Origin: Eubacteriales bacterium
Lineage (GTDB): Bacteria; Bacillota; Clostridia; Oscillospirales; CAG-272
Assembly: GCA_045535375.1 (NCBI GenBank)
Contig: JAZSLM010000044.1
Coordinates: 1-55,958 of the forward strand
DNA: 55,958 nucleotides
Reading direction: 5' to 3'
In this document: positions 15,922 to 26,356 of the stretch, piece after piece
Position numbering within the stretch: position 1 is the first letter of the stretch
Layout of the letters: the number at the start of each line of letters is the position of its first letter
The notes under the pieces: generated by a model
Told to the model about the DNA's origin: nothing
The model's database searches: none
What the model saw: the letters and a program-made list of their open reading frames with translations, nothing else
Program-made: the position numbers and the translations under genes

Positions 15922-16730
15922 CAAAGCTTCTTAAACACGAATTTATATACTATTTCCGCACCTTTGGCGTCTTTTTGCCGATAGTTCTGGTCATCGGCGT
16001 GATGGCTCGAGTGTTCAGACTCTTCGAAAACAGTGACAGCGTAATAGTTGAGATCGCGATATTTTCGTCTTTCTCCATGCTCATTGTTGCCTGCGCGGCG
16101 CTCATTATGCTTTCGGTGGTGGTGGCAGTCGTGCGCTTCTATAAAAATATGTTTTCTGCCGAGGGATATCTTACCTTTACCCTGCCTGTTACAAATTCGG
16201 AGCATATATTCGTAAAGCTCCTGACAGCGATGTGTTGCCAAGCGGTCTGCTTTCTGACCGTTATCGTGACTGCCACGATCGCGCTTTCGGGGGAGCCTTT
16301 TAGGGATCTTTCCGAGTTGTCTTCTGTTATATTTTCCGAATTTTACGAATTATGCGGTGCGGCAAATCTGATCGGGTTTATTATCGAAATGCTTCTGATC
16401 ACGCTTTTGTCCGTTGTGGGAAATATGCTTTTGTACTATGCCTGCATTACTGTCGGACAGACGGCGAAGAAGAACAGGATCCTTATGGCTGTCGGTGCTT
16501 ATTTCGTCTATTACATTGCAACACAGATTATTTCCACGGTGCTTGTAATGGTAGTTACGGTGCTCGGAATCTCCGGTGCATTTGACGGCATTGTAGCGTG
16601 GCTCGAAGACAATATGATTGCAACACTGCACATATCTTTTGGCATTTCGATAGTGATCTATGCAGCAATGGCGGTAGCATTCTGGATCGTGACACAGATG
16701 ATAATGACCAAAAAACTCAACCTTGAATAA
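15915..16730 (+). CDS. ABC transporter permease
   Basis: 6 TM, KLLKHEF, EGYLTFTLPV..., KKLNLE end. Confidence 0.88.
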   Translation: MVTKLLKHEFIYYFRTFGVFLPIVLVIGVMARVFRLFENSDSVIVEIAIFSSFSMLIVACAALIMLSVVVAVVRFYKNMFSAEGYLTFTLPVTNSEHIFVKLLTAMCCQAVCFLTVIVTATIALSGEPFRDLSELSSVIFSEFYELCGAANLIGFIIEMLLITLLSVVGNMLLYYACITVGQTAKKNRILMAVGAYFVYYIATQIISTVLVMVVTVLGISGAFDGIVAWLEDNMIATLHISFGISIVIYAAMAVAFWIVTQMIMTKKLNLE

Positions 16731-16738
16731 AAAAGAAG

Positions 16739-16764
16739 AACCGAGCGGATTTCCGCTCGGTTTT
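16739..16764. terminator. bidirectional terminator
   Basis: AACCGAGCGGA/TCCGCTCGGTT. Confidence 0.75.
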
Positions 16765-16773
16765 ATCTTTTTA

Positions 16774-17696
16774 TTAACCTTGATAAATAAACGTTTCTCC
16801 GTCCGTGACGAATACTATGCTTCCGAGTTCATCGGTGCGGTAGATGAGATCGCCAACGTATGGCTTGATCCTCGCAAGAGCCTCAGCGTGCGGATGACCG
16901 TATGAATTATCCTTTCCGCAGGAAATGATCGCAATGCTCGGCTTTACCGCCGCAAGCCATGCGTCTGTAGACGAGGTTCTCGAACCGTGGTGTCCCATTT
17001 TGAGCAGCATAGAGCCGAGCTCCGCGCCCGAATAGGTACGAAGTATCGATTCCTCTGCGGGTTTTTCCGCATCGCCCGTAAGCATCGCAGTGGTTTTACC
17101 CCACGTAGCCTTGATGACTATCGATGAATTGTTTGAGTCAAGGTCTTTGTTGGTAGGATCGGGACCGAAAACGAACATATCAAACTCGCCCAGAGAGTAG
17201 GTCTCGCCGGGAAGAGCATTGTAGACCTTGCATCCCTCCGCTTCGATGGCGTCCATCATTGCCTTATAAACTTTCGTCGTTTTTTCAAGCTCGGGTTTGA
17301 TTACGTTGATAACTTCATATTCTTCAAGAATCATATCTGCGCCGCCTATGTGGTCGGAGTCGGGATGGGTGAATATTGCGTAATAAAGAACGTCAACGCC
17401 TTGAAGGTCGAGATATGCCTTAAGCTCGTCTTCCGCGCTGTTTTCACCCGCGTCAATGAGGATGTCGCCCTCGGGAGTGCGTATCAGCGTCGAGTCACCC
17501 TGACCGACGTCGATGAAGTGGTATTCGACCTCGCCGAGCTCGCCCGAACTGACGGTAATTCCGCTCGTGCTTTCGGGAGTCGTTTCAGCCGGAGCTTGCC
17601 GGGAATCTATGTATTGAGCAATAATATAAAGCGCGATCGCGATAAGCAATAAAACGATAATGACTTTTATATCAAGCTTTTTCTTTTTTGTGCCAT
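16774..17696 (-). CDS. ComEC/Rec2-type MBL-fold hydrolase with N-terminal TM; apparent frameshift near start
   Basis: FIDVGQGD, LIDAG, THPDSDH.GG, NNSSIV, LTGDAE, GHHGS.TSS, N.YGHPH, YRTD..G; RBS-linked ATG 17696 is out of frame with the body. Confidence 0.85.
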
Positions 17697-17852
17697 AATA
17701 TCCTCCAGATCTTCCTTTTATAACATTATACACTTTTTTTCGCCGCTCTTCAATACTTTTTTCAAATTCATCAAAGTTTTTTCGGTTTTTGAGTTGATTA
17801 TTTCCGAACTTCGTGGTAAAATAATCACAGATTATTTTTCGGAGACATAACA

Positions 17853-18734
17853 ATGATTAAACTTGAAAGAAATAAACTGAAAAAAATACTGTCGGACGTT
17901 TTTTTGCTTACCCTCGGTTCGGTAATTTTCGCCGCAGGAGTTGCCTGCTTTCTTGACCCTAACAGCATTGCCTCGGGTGGTGTTTCGGGTATAGCGATCA
18001 TTATCACGAAGTTTATTGATCTTCTTCCTACAGGTACTGTGATCGCGCTCATCAACGTGCCGATCCTTTTGGTCGGAACTATCAAATTTGGATTCAAATT
18101 CCTCGCATCGACGATGTATACCGTTCTTGTTTCTTCGCTGGCGGTAGATGCCCTCGCTGTGTTTGTGGGACCTCTTACCGACAATCTTTTTCTTGCCTCT
18201 GTCGGCGGCGCCGTATTGGTCGGTTCCGGTATCGGTCTTGTGTTCAGAGCCGGTGCGACGACGGGCGGAACCGATGTTATTGTCAAACTGCTTCGCACAA
18301 AATTCCGCCACTTGCCCACGGGTATCGTTTTCACGATAGTTGACGGATGTGTCTGCCTCACTTCGGGTCTGGTCTTTCATAATATCGAGATTACGATATA
18401 CGCCGTTATCACGCTTATGCTGTCGAGTATGATTATCAACAAAGTGCTTTACGGCAGCGACAGCGCGAGAATGATATATATCATCAGTTCGGAAAACAAA
18501 ACTATTGCAAAGCGGCTTATGAAAGAGGTTGACGTCGGTGCCACGTTCTTCCGGGGCAACGGTGCGTACTCGGGCAGAGATTTTGACGTTCTTATGGTAG
18601 TTATGAGAGCCAAGGTCCTCCCGCAGGCGCGCGATATCGTCAAGCAGGTCGATGACGGTGCGTTTATGATCGTCACGAACGCAACCTCGGTTTTCGGAGA
18701 GGGTTTCAAAGAATACGACTCGGAAGAGGTATGA
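17853..18734 (+). CDS. YitT family membrane protein
   Basis: ASGGVSG, NVP, GATTGGTD, GAT...G.GAYSG, D..AF......VFGEGF. Confidence 0.93.
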   Translation: MIKLERNKLKKILSDVFLLTLGSVIFAAGVACFLDPNSIASGGVSGIAIIITKFIDLLPTGTVIALINVPILLVGTIKFGFKFLASTMYTVLVSSLAVDALAVFVGPLTDNLFLASVGGAVLVGSGIGLVFRAGATTGGTDVIVKLLRTKFRHLPTGIVFTIVDGCVCLTSGLVFHNIEITIYAVITLMLSSMIINKVLYGSDSARMIYIISSENKTIAKRLMKEVDVGATFFRGNGAYSGRDFDVLMVVMRAKVLPQARDIVKQVDDGAFMIVTNATSVFGEGFKEYDSEEV

Positions 18735-18741
18735 TTTTTAT

Positions 18742-21069
18742 ATGAATATTTTCGGTGGAAGACCGGGAATTGCGGCGGGGGTTCTGGCGGTCACAGCCAT
18801 CCTCGCCGCCTTTTGTTTCATAAAAGCAGTCGCCGTTGCTTTGCTTGTGAGCGCAATTTTTCTTTTGATCGTGCTTACGGTACTCTGTGCCTGCGGATAT
18901 ATCAGACCTTATAGGCTGTTTGCTTTGTTTTTTGTCATAGCGGTATTTTGCACGGCTCTTTTTCGGGGATACCATGTTTTTGAGCGTGATATGACGGTTG
19001 CTCAAAGCTTTGAGGGTGCCGACCGCTACATACACGCTACTGTTGTTGAAAGACACGGTGCCGCCGACTATTTTGCGGTTTTTGTTTTGCGCCTTCATTC
19101 CGTTGACGGTGTGGAATATAAAGAAAAAGCCATTCTTAATTGCGAATATAACGCGGATTTTCAAGTTGGATATGAAATAGTCCTGCGCGGAGCGGAGGTT
19201 ACCCCATCGTCCGGATTGTCCGAAGAGGAGGCATACGAATTATTGTCAGAGGGAATACTCCTCTCGATAATATCCGAAAACGAAAACGATTCTGCGGTTA
19301 TTTCAAAGAATAATCTCTCGTTTGCCGACAGATGCCGATCTCTCAATTTGCTGTGTTCCGCAAAATTGAAAAACTCAATAAAAGGCGATGCAGGTAAGCT
19401 TGCCGCAGCAATGCTTCTCGGTGATAAAAGCGCCGTGCCTGCAAATATCTACCGTGATTTCAGCCGCGCGGGTCTTTCACATTATCTTGCCGTCAGCGGA
19501 CTTCACGTTTCGATCATCACCGGTATCGTTTCGTTTATCCTGTTGAATCTTCGTATGAAACGCGCGTACCGCAATATCCTGCTTGCTGTTTTTGCCGTGG
19601 GGTATCTCTGCTTGCTCGGTTTCCCGATAAGTGCTGTGAGATCTGTCGCGATGCTTCTGACAGTATTTATAGCATATTCTTTGGGCGACAGTTCGGATGC
19701 ACTTAATGCGCTCGGACTTGCCGCCGTTGCGATCGTGATCGCAAATCCCTGTGCGGTATTTGACAAAAGCTTTATTCTTTCCTTCAGCGCAACGCTTGGC
19801 ATAGTTGCATTTATGCCCGTATTCAATGAACTGATCGCAAAGTTATTTGAGAAAGAAGAGAACAGTAAAGTAAAATTTATTATTCGCAAAATCTTTTCTT
19901 TCCTTTTCGGAACGCTGATGAGCATTGCCGCCGCGCTTTCGCTCACACTTCTGCCCGCGAGGTATTTCTTCGGTGAGGTGTCTGTACTTTCTTTCAGATC
20001 GAACCTTGCCGCATCGGTCGCGGCAATGCCTCTTTTGGCGGCATCGCTGTTTTATCTGATCCTTGGCGGAATTCCTTACTTCGGGGCGCTGCTTGAATGG
20101 GTCGTTGAGATTACTGCGGGATATATGATCTCTCTTACCTCAAAGCTGTCCGACACCCGCGGCGCACTCGTGTCGCTTGTGTCAGAAGAAGCGCGTGCTC
20201 TTGTGCTGATCTTCAGTTTTATCGTATTCTTTGTTCTTATTATCAAGGTAAAGAACAAAAAGCCGCTGCTGGTTTTTCCCGCACTGTATCCCGCTGTTCT
20301 TGCGGGACTTGTTCTGATATCGGTAGCAAACCGTCCGGCAAATACGGAATTCGAGATCCTTTCTTTGTCCGGAAGCGAGATGATGAGCATCACTCGGGGC
20401 GCTGACACGGCAGTCGTTGATATATCGGAAGGAAATCTTTCGTCTTTGCGTACTGTATATATGTTGGCAAATGATGAAGGGATAACCGAGGTCAACACTC
20501 TTATGCTTACGCATTACCATTCAAAACACATCTCATCGGTATCAAGATTCATGTCCGAGGTGAAGGTGCGCAGACTCTTGCTCCCACGCCCGCAAAACGA
20601 GAATGATGCCTGGATAATGGCACAGCTTGCACAAACGGCGAATTCCTTGGGCGTCGTGCCCGAACTATTGCCCGAAAACGGCAATGTTGAGCTGATTGAC
20701 GGTGTTATTTTCGACCATAGCGGTATCGAACGTATAAAAAGATCGAACTCACCGCTGCTTTGCCTATCCTTCAGCGACGGAACCGAGCGGTTGACATATC
20801 TTTCCGAATCTTCATGGGAAAGTGACGGCGAGTTCCGTTCAAATCTCGAATTACTTGCAGGTGAAAGCGATTATATACTGATCGGCGAGCAAGGACCCGT
20901 GGCAAAGAAAATTTTTGACGTTCCGCTTTCAAACGCGAAAAGTGTTTATTTGCTTGGGAAACTCGGTGGGGGCTATTGTATTCATCCCGATTCGTCGCTT
21001 TACGGCAAAATAAATGACACGGATATTGAAATCGGAGTTTGCCGGAAAACGATAGTCTTTGGCGAATGA
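18742..21069 (+). CDS. comEC: ComEC/Rec2 family competence membrane protein
   Basis: AMLLGDK, F..AGLSHYLAVSGLH, SAVRS, NP......SF.LSF.AT; degenerate C-terminal MBL (THYHSKH). Confidence 0.88.
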   Translation: MNIFGGRPGIAAGVLAVTAILAAFCFIKAVAVALLVSAIFLLIVLTVLCACGYIRPYRLFALFFVIAVFCTALFRGYHVFERDMTVAQSFEGADRYIHATVVERHGAADYFAVFVLRLHSVDGVEYKEKAILNCEYNADFQVGYEIVLRGAEVTPSSGLSEEEAYELLSEGILLSIISENENDSAVISKNNLSFADRCRSLNLLCSAKLKNSIKGDAGKLAAAMLLGDKSAVPANIYRDFSRAGLSHYLAVSGLHVSIITGIVSFILLNLRMKRAYRNILLAVFAVGYLCLLGFPISAVRSVAMLLTVFIAYSLGDSSDALNALGLAAVAIVIANPCAVFDKSFILSFSATLGIVAFMPVFNELIAKLFEKEENSKVKFIIRKIFSFLFGTLMSIAAALSLTLLPARYFFGEVSVLSFRSNLAASVAAMPLLAASLFYLILGGIPYFGALLEWVVEITAGYMISLTSKLSDTRGALVSLVSEEARALVLIFSFIVFFVLIIKVKNKKPLLVFPALYPAVLAGLVLISVANRPANTEFEILSLSGSEMMSITRGADTAVVDISEGNLSSLRTVYMLANDEGITEVNTLMLTHYHSKHISSVSRFMSEVKVRRLLLPRPQNENDAWIMAQLAQTANSLGVVPELLPENGNVELIDGVIFDHSGIERIKRSNSPLLCLSFSDGTERLTYLSESSWESDGEFRSNLELLAGESDYILIGEQGPVAKKIFDVPLSNAKSVYLLGKLGGGYCIHPDSSLYGKINDTDIEIGVCRKTIVFGE

Positions 21070-21134
21070 TGTCAATGATGTGTGCAGTTAATGAGTCGTT
21101 TTTGTCTTAAGTCGTAATATTTTGTGAAAAACTG

Positions 21135-21163
21135 TTGACTTTTTCGCGAAAAATTGATATAAT
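21135..21163 (+). promoter_or_regulatory. sigma-A promoter
   Basis: TTGACT-17-TATAAT with extended TG. Confidence 0.8.
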
Positions 21164-21181
21164 ATATGCGTATTTGTGTTT

Positions 21182-21251
21182 GCTTATATATCATCTGAAA
21201 TAAGGTCAGAAAGTTTCTACCGGATATGCCGTAAATCATCCGACTATAAGC
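21182..21251 (+). ncRNA. purine riboswitch (guanine-type, C74)
   Basis: P1 GCTTATA/TATAAGC, L2 AATAAGG, J2/3 GTTTCTAC, L3 CCGTAAA, J3/1 AC; upstream of nucleoside ABC; downstream hairpin CGGGAGAAGAG/CTCTTTTCCCG is a candidate expression platform. Confidence 0.93.
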
Positions 21252-21363
21252 TCCCATAAAATTTTGATACGGGAGAAGAGTCGGTATCCTCTTTTCCCGA
21301 TCTTGTATTTTCGGCACAAAGTGCTGCAAATAAATTTTTCATTATTATTTTATGGAGGAAACC

Positions 21364-22563
21364 ATGAAAAAAGCACTGTCACTCATTCTCGCAGTTCTTA
21401 TGCTCCTTTCCGTCACCCTTGCGTTCGCGTCTTGCGAGACCGATGATTCCTTTAAGGTAGGCTTCATCTTCCTGCACGACGAGAACTCCACCTATGACAA
21501 GAACTTCATCGACGCTGCTAAGGCAGCTTGCGCAGCTCTCGGCCTTACCGAGGATCAGATGATCCTGAAGGTCAATATTCCCGAAGGCGCAGAGTGCTAC
21601 GATGCAGCTTGCGAGCTTGTTGAAGCAGGTTGCGATCTCGTTTTCGCTGACTCTTTCGGTCACGAGGACTTTATGATCCAGGTAGCAAAGGAATTTCCCG
21701 AGGTTCAGTTCTGCCACGCTACCGGTACCAAGGCTCACACCGAAAAGATCGCTAACTACCACAACGCATTCGCTTCTATCTACGAAGGACGTTACATCGC
21801 AGGTATCGTTGCAGGTATGAAGCTCAACCAGATGATCGCTGATGGCCAGATCACCGCTGAGCAGGCTGTTATCGGTTACGTTGCTGCATGGCCTTATGCA
21901 GAGGTTAAGTCCGGTTACACCTCCTTCTTCCTCGGCGCACGTTCCGTATGCCCCAGCGCTACCATGAAGGTTGAATACACCAACTCCTGGTTCGACATCG
22001 CACTTGAGAAGACCGCAGCAGAAATGCTCATCGGCGCCGGTTGCGTTCTTATTTCTCAGCACGCTGACTCCGAGGGTGCTCCCAAGGCATGTGATGCTGC
22101 AGGCGTTCCCAACGTTGCATACAACATCAGTACCAAGGATATCGCTCCCAACACCTGGCTTATTTCTTCCAAGATCAACTGGGAACCCTACATGAAGCTC
22201 ATCATCGAAAAGACTCGTGACGGCAAGGGCAACGAGATCCCCTATGACTGGTGCGGCGGCTTTGAGGAAGGCTCCGTTCAGCTCACCGAGCTCAACACAG
22301 CATACGCCGCTCCCGGCACTCAGGAAGCTATCGATGCTGCTATCGCAGCTTTCAAGGCAGGCACTCTTAAGGTATTCGATACCGCTACCTTCACCGTTGG
22401 CGGTCAGAAGCTCGAGTCCTATCTTGCAGACGTTGACGATCTTGGCGATTTCGTAGGCGAAACTGAGGTTGTCCTCAACGGTTACTTTAACGAGTCCGCA
22501 GACGGCATGCGTTCCGCTCCTTACTTCGATCTCATCATCGACGGTATTACTGCAGCACAGTAA
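21364..22563 (+). CDS. BMP family nucleoside ABC transporter substrate-binding lipoprotein
   Basis: Lipobox FASC, DSFGH, YEGRY.AG..AG, F.LGARSV.P, SWFD, ISQHAD. Confidence 0.93.
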   Translation: MKKALSLILAVLMLLSVTLAFASCETDDSFKVGFIFLHDENSTYDKNFIDAAKAACAALGLTEDQMILKVNIPEGAECYDAACELVEAGCDLVFADSFGHEDFMIQVAKEFPEVQFCHATGTKAHTEKIANYHNAFASIYEGRYIAGIVAGMKLNQMIADGQITAEQAVIGYVAAWPYAEVKSGYTSFFLGARSVCPSATMKVEYTNSWFDIALEKTAAEMLIGAGCVLISQHADSEGAPKACDAAGVPNVAYNISTKDIAPNTWLISSKINWEPYMKLIIEKTRDGKGNEIPYDWCGGFEEGSVQLTELNTAYAAPGTQEAIDAAIAAFKAGTLKVFDTATFTVGGQKLESYLADVDDLGDFVGETEVVLNGYFNESADGMRSAPYFDLIIDGITAAQ

Positions 22564-22584
22564 TTTTCAGTACTAAAGCCTATA

Positions 22585-22611
22585 GGGGATGTCGATTTTA
22601 TCGGCATCCCC
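22585..22611 (+). other. intercistronic stem-loop (mRNA stabiliser or partial terminator)
   Basis: GGGGATGTCGAT/ATCGGCATCCCC after the binding-protein gene. Confidence 0.6.
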
Positions 22612-22711
22612 GTGGGCGTTTTTCTGTATCCGAAGGTTTTATGCGAAAGCAGAAAATTTTCTGTTTTGGGATAAAAGTTTCGGAAGCTTGCTTATGAAAG
22701 GGAAGAACCTA

Positions 22712-24256
22712 ATGAATAACGTAGCAATAGAACTCCGCGGAATCACAAAGAGATTCGGAAGCGTTGTTGCAAACAGCAATGTAAACCTCACCGTTTGCAA
22801 CGGCGAGATACTTTCGCTTCTCGGAGAAAACGGAAGCGGAAAAACTACACTTATGAATATGATCTCGGGTATCTACCACCCCGATGAAGGACAGATAATC
22901 ATCGGCGGCGAAGCGGTATCGATCAACTCTCCGCACGATGCGTTCAATTACAAGATCGGTATGATCCACCAGCATTTCAAACTGGTAGATCTTTTCACCG
23001 CGGCTGAGAATATCGTTCTCGGACTCGATGAAAAGGGAAAATTTGATATCAAATCGGTATCCGCAAAGGTTGGCGAAATCAGCTCGAAATACGGCTTCGA
23101 TATTGACCCCGCAAAGAAGATATACGAAATGTCGGTGTCCGAAAAGCAGACGGTTGAGATCATCAAGGTCCTTTATCGCGGCGCAGATATCCTTATCCTT
23201 GACGAACCGACGGCGGTACTGACTCCCCAGGAGACCCGCAAGCTTTTCGATATCCTCCGCCGTATGCGTGATGACGGTAAGGCAATAATAATCATAACTC
23301 ATAAACTTCACGAAGTTCTTGATCTTTCGGACAAGGTCGCCGTTCTCCGCCATGGAGAATACGTAGGCACTATCAACACAAGCGAGGCTGACGAGAATAT
23401 CCTCACCGAAATGATGGTAGGTAAGAAGGTCGAGCTCAATATCGAGCGCCCCGACCCCGTTGACCCGCAGGACAGACTTGTTGTTGAGCATATCGACTGC
23501 AAGAACCGCGACGGAATCAAGCTCCTTGATGACGTCAGCTTCACGGTCCGTTCGGGTGAGATCCTCGGTATCGCGGGCATCGCCGGAAGCGGTCAGCGCG
23601 AGCTTCTCGAAGCCATTGCGGGACTGCAGAAGCTTGACGGCGGTTCTATCATTTATCATAACCCCAAAAACGGAAGATCCGAAGATCTGCGCGATAAAAC
23701 GCCTCTCGAAATTCGCGAGCTCGGCGTGCGTCTTTCCTTCGTTCCCGAGGACAGACTTGGAATGGGTCTTGTCGGTAATATGAGTGTTGTTGACAATATG
23801 ATGCTCCGAAGCTACCGCAGAGGAAAGTCCGTATTCGTTCAGCGTCAGGGTCCCGAGGAGCTTGCGCAGAAGATCATCAAGGATCTTGAAGTCGTAACCC
23901 CCGATGCGGAAACCCCCGTTCGCCGTCTTTCGGGCGGTAACGTTCAGAAGATACTTCTCGGACGTGAAATATCTTCGTCGCCCACACTTCTTATGGCGGC
24001 GTACCCCGTGCGAGGGCTCGATATAAATTCCTCGTACCTTATATACGATTTGCTCAACGATCAAAAGCGAAAGGGCGTTGCCGTTATATTCGTTGGCGAG
24101 GACCTTGACGTTCTTCTCGACCTCTGCGACCGCATTATGGTCATCGGAAGCGGAAAGATCACGGGCATTCTTGACGGCAGGACCGCGACCAAGAACGAGG
24201 TCGGCTATCTTATGACCAAGACTGACAGAGAGGAGGAGAGAAGCGATGCAGAATAA
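22712..24256 (+). CDS. nucleoside/sugar ABC ATP-binding protein (duplicated NBD)
   Basis: GENGSGKTT, GMIHQHF, LDEPTAVLTPQE, LSGGNVQK. Confidence 0.95.
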   Translation: MNNVAIELRGITKRFGSVVANSNVNLTVCNGEILSLLGENGSGKTTLMNMISGIYHPDEGQIIIGGEAVSINSPHDAFNYKIGMIHQHFKLVDLFTAAENIVLGLDEKGKFDIKSVSAKVGEISSKYGFDIDPAKKIYEMSVSEKQTVEIIKVLYRGADILILDEPTAVLTPQETRKLFDILRRMRDDGKAIIIITHKLHEVLDLSDKVAVLRHGEYVGTINTSEADENILTEMMVGKKVELNIERPDPVDPQDRLVVEHIDCKNRDGIKLLDDVSFTVRSGEILGIAGIAGSGQRELLEAIAGLQKLDGGSIIYHNPKNGRSEDLRDKTPLEIRELGVRLSFVPEDRLGMGLVGNMSVVDNMMLRSYRRGKSVFVQRQGPEELAQKIIKDLEVVTPDAETPVRRLSGGNVQKILLGREISSSPTLLMAAYPVRGLDINSSYLIYDLLNDQKRKGVAVIFVGEDLDVLLDLCDRIMVIGSGKITGILDGRTATKNEVGYLMTKTDREEERSDAE

Positions 24257-25358
24257 TCACAAGACCCATAAAGAGCCGCTCGTGTATATCACCAAGCGCG
24301 GCGAGCTTCCCAAAATTAAGCAAATGCTTATCAAGTCGATAGTTATACTCGTCGGAATTTTGTTCTGCGCAATCGTAACGATCCTGCTCACCAACGAAAA
24401 TCCCCTCAAGGTCTTCAAGGCGATGTTTACCGGAAGCTTCGGCAGTCCCAGAAAAATGTGGAACCTGCTTCAGGCGTCGGCAATTCTTCTCGGTATCTCG
24501 CTTGCAGTAACTCCGGCATTTAAGATGCGCTTCTGGAACACGGGCGCCGAGGGTCAGGTGCTTATCGGTATGCTTGCAAGCATCACGTGCATGTTCTATA
24601 TTGGCAACAAGCTCCCCTCGTGGCTTCTTATCATTGTTTGCCTTTTTGCAAGTATCATTGCCGGTGCTGTCTGGGCCGGAATCCCCGGATTTTTTAAGGC
24701 AATTTGGAACACCAACGAAACGCTCTTTACTCTTATGATGAACTACGTTGCGGCGCAACTTGTTTCACTTCTCATCATGTATTGGGTTCCCAGCGGATCG
24801 ATGGTTCTCGGCCTCGTCAATTCGGATACACAAAACGGCTGGTTCCCTTCGGTATTCGGACAGAAATATCTGATGAATATCCTTATCGTTGCGCTCCTTA
24901 CCTTTATGGTTTATATCTACCTCAAAAAGAGTAAGCAAGGCTACGAGATCGCGGTCGTTGGCGAAAGCGAAAATACCGCAAGATATATCGGTATCAATGT
25001 AAAAAAGGTCATCATCCGCACGGTTCTCATCTCGGGCGCTCTCTGCGGAGTTATGGGTTGGATCCTTGCCGCCGGCACAGACCACTCCATTAACGCAAGT
25101 GCCGTCGGTGGAAACGGCTTTACCGCTATAATGGTATCCTGGATGTCAAAATTCAATCCTATTACTATGATCTTCTCCTCGCTCCTTGTATGCTTCTTAC
25201 AGAAGGGCGCGGGCGAGATCGCATCGAACCTCGGACTTAATTCCAGTGTCGGCGAGGTGCTGACGGGAATTATGATCCTCTTTATCATCAGCAGCGATTT
25301 CTTTGTAAATTATCAGATCCACTTCAGAAAGAACGAAAGAAAGGAGAAGGACGCATAA
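24246..25358 (+). CDS. nucleoside ABC permease
   Basis: WNTGAEGQ, NETL.TLMMNY, GYEI..VGE. Confidence 0.93.
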   Translation: MQNNHKTHKEPLVYITKRGELPKIKQMLIKSIVILVGILFCAIVTILLTNENPLKVFKAMFTGSFGSPRKMWNLLQASAILLGISLAVTPAFKMRFWNTGAEGQVLIGMLASITCMFYIGNKLPSWLLIIVCLFASIIAGAVWAGIPGFFKAIWNTNETLFTLMMNYVAAQLVSLLIMYWVPSGSMVLGLVNSDTQNGWFPSVFGQKYLMNILIVALLTFMVYIYLKKSKQGYEIAVVGESENTARYIGINVKKVIIRTVLISGALCGVMGWILAAGTDHSINASAVGGNGFTAIMVSWMSKFNPITMIFSSLLVCFLQKGAGEIASNLGLNSSVGEVLTGIMILFIISSDFFVNYQIHFRKNERKEKDA

Positions 25359-26350
25359 TGGACTTTTTTGCTAAAATAATGGCGTTTATCGCCGCCGCAA
25401 TAGTTCAGGGAACTCCTCTTCTTTTCGGAGCAACGGGCGAGATCATCACGGAGAAGAGCGGAAACCTCAATCTCGGTATCCCCGGTATTATGTATATCGG
25501 AGGTATCTCCGGCATCATCGGCGGATATCTTTACGAGCATTTTTGCGCAGAACCCGTACCGATACTTTGCGTAATTATCTCCTTCCTTGCATCCGTCATC
25601 GGTTCGACCTTTATTGCGTTTATTTACAGTTTCCTTACGATCACTCTCAAAGCAAATCAGAACGTCGTCGGTCTTGCGCTGACTACCCTCGGTGTCGGTC
25701 TCGGAAATTTCTACGGCGGATCGCTCCTTAAATTTTTCGGAGAAAACGGTTCTATTTCGCTCTACATTACCGGTAACGCCTATAAGGCGAAGATCCCCTT
25801 CCTTTCGGATCATCTCGGAATCGTCGGCGAGACCTTCTTCTCATTCGGATTCCTCGTATATCTTGCTGTCATTATCGCAATCCTTTCGCAGTGGTTTATA
25901 AACCGTACCCGCGTGGGTCTTAATCTCCGCGCGATCGGAGAAAATCCCGCGACAGCGGATGCGGCGGGCATCAACGTTTCGCTTTATAAGTACGTTGCAA
26001 CCTGCGTTGGCGGTGCTATTGCGGGACTTGGCGGACTTTACTTCGTTATGGACTATACCACGGGCGCATGGACCAACAACGGCTTCGGCGATCGCGGATG
26101 GCTTGCTATCGCGATCGTAATCTTTGCGCTCTGGAAACCGAGAAGCGCGATATTCTCCTCCTACATTTTCGGCGGACTCTATATCGCCAGTGTGTTTATC
26201 TCCGGTCTTTCGGGAAGCACGAAGGAGCTCATCAAGATGCTCCCGTATCTTGTCACAATTGCAGTTCTCGTATTCACAAGCTCCCGCAAAAAGCGTGAGC
26301 ATCAGCCCCCCGCGGCGCTTGGACAGTCGTATTTCAGAGAAGAAAGATAA
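25358..26350 (+). CDS. nucleoside ABC permease
   Basis: GEIITEKSG.LNLG, GENP..ADAAGINV, GWLAIA.V, MLPY. Confidence 0.93.
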   Translation: MDFFAKIMAFIAAAIVQGTPLLFGATGEIITEKSGNLNLGIPGIMYIGGISGIIGGYLYEHFCAEPVPILCVIISFLASVIGSTFIAFIYSFLTITLKANQNVVGLALTTLGVGLGNFYGGSLLKFFGENGSISLYITGNAYKAKIPFLSDHLGIVGETFFSFGFLVYLAVIIAILSQWFINRTRVGLNLRAIGENPATADAAGINVSLYKYVATCVGGAIAGLGGLYFVMDYTTGAWTNNGFGDRGWLAIAIVIFALWKPRSAIFSSYIFGGLYIASVFISGLSGSTKELIKMLPYLVTIAVLVFTSSRKKREHQPPAALGQSYFREER

Positions 26351-26356
26351 ATCAGT

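Noticed and set aside
17697-17853. N-terminal extension of the ORF-track call 16774-17853
   Set aside because: It runs through the divergent promoter region and has no RBS; the real RBS and ATG are at 17696-17706.
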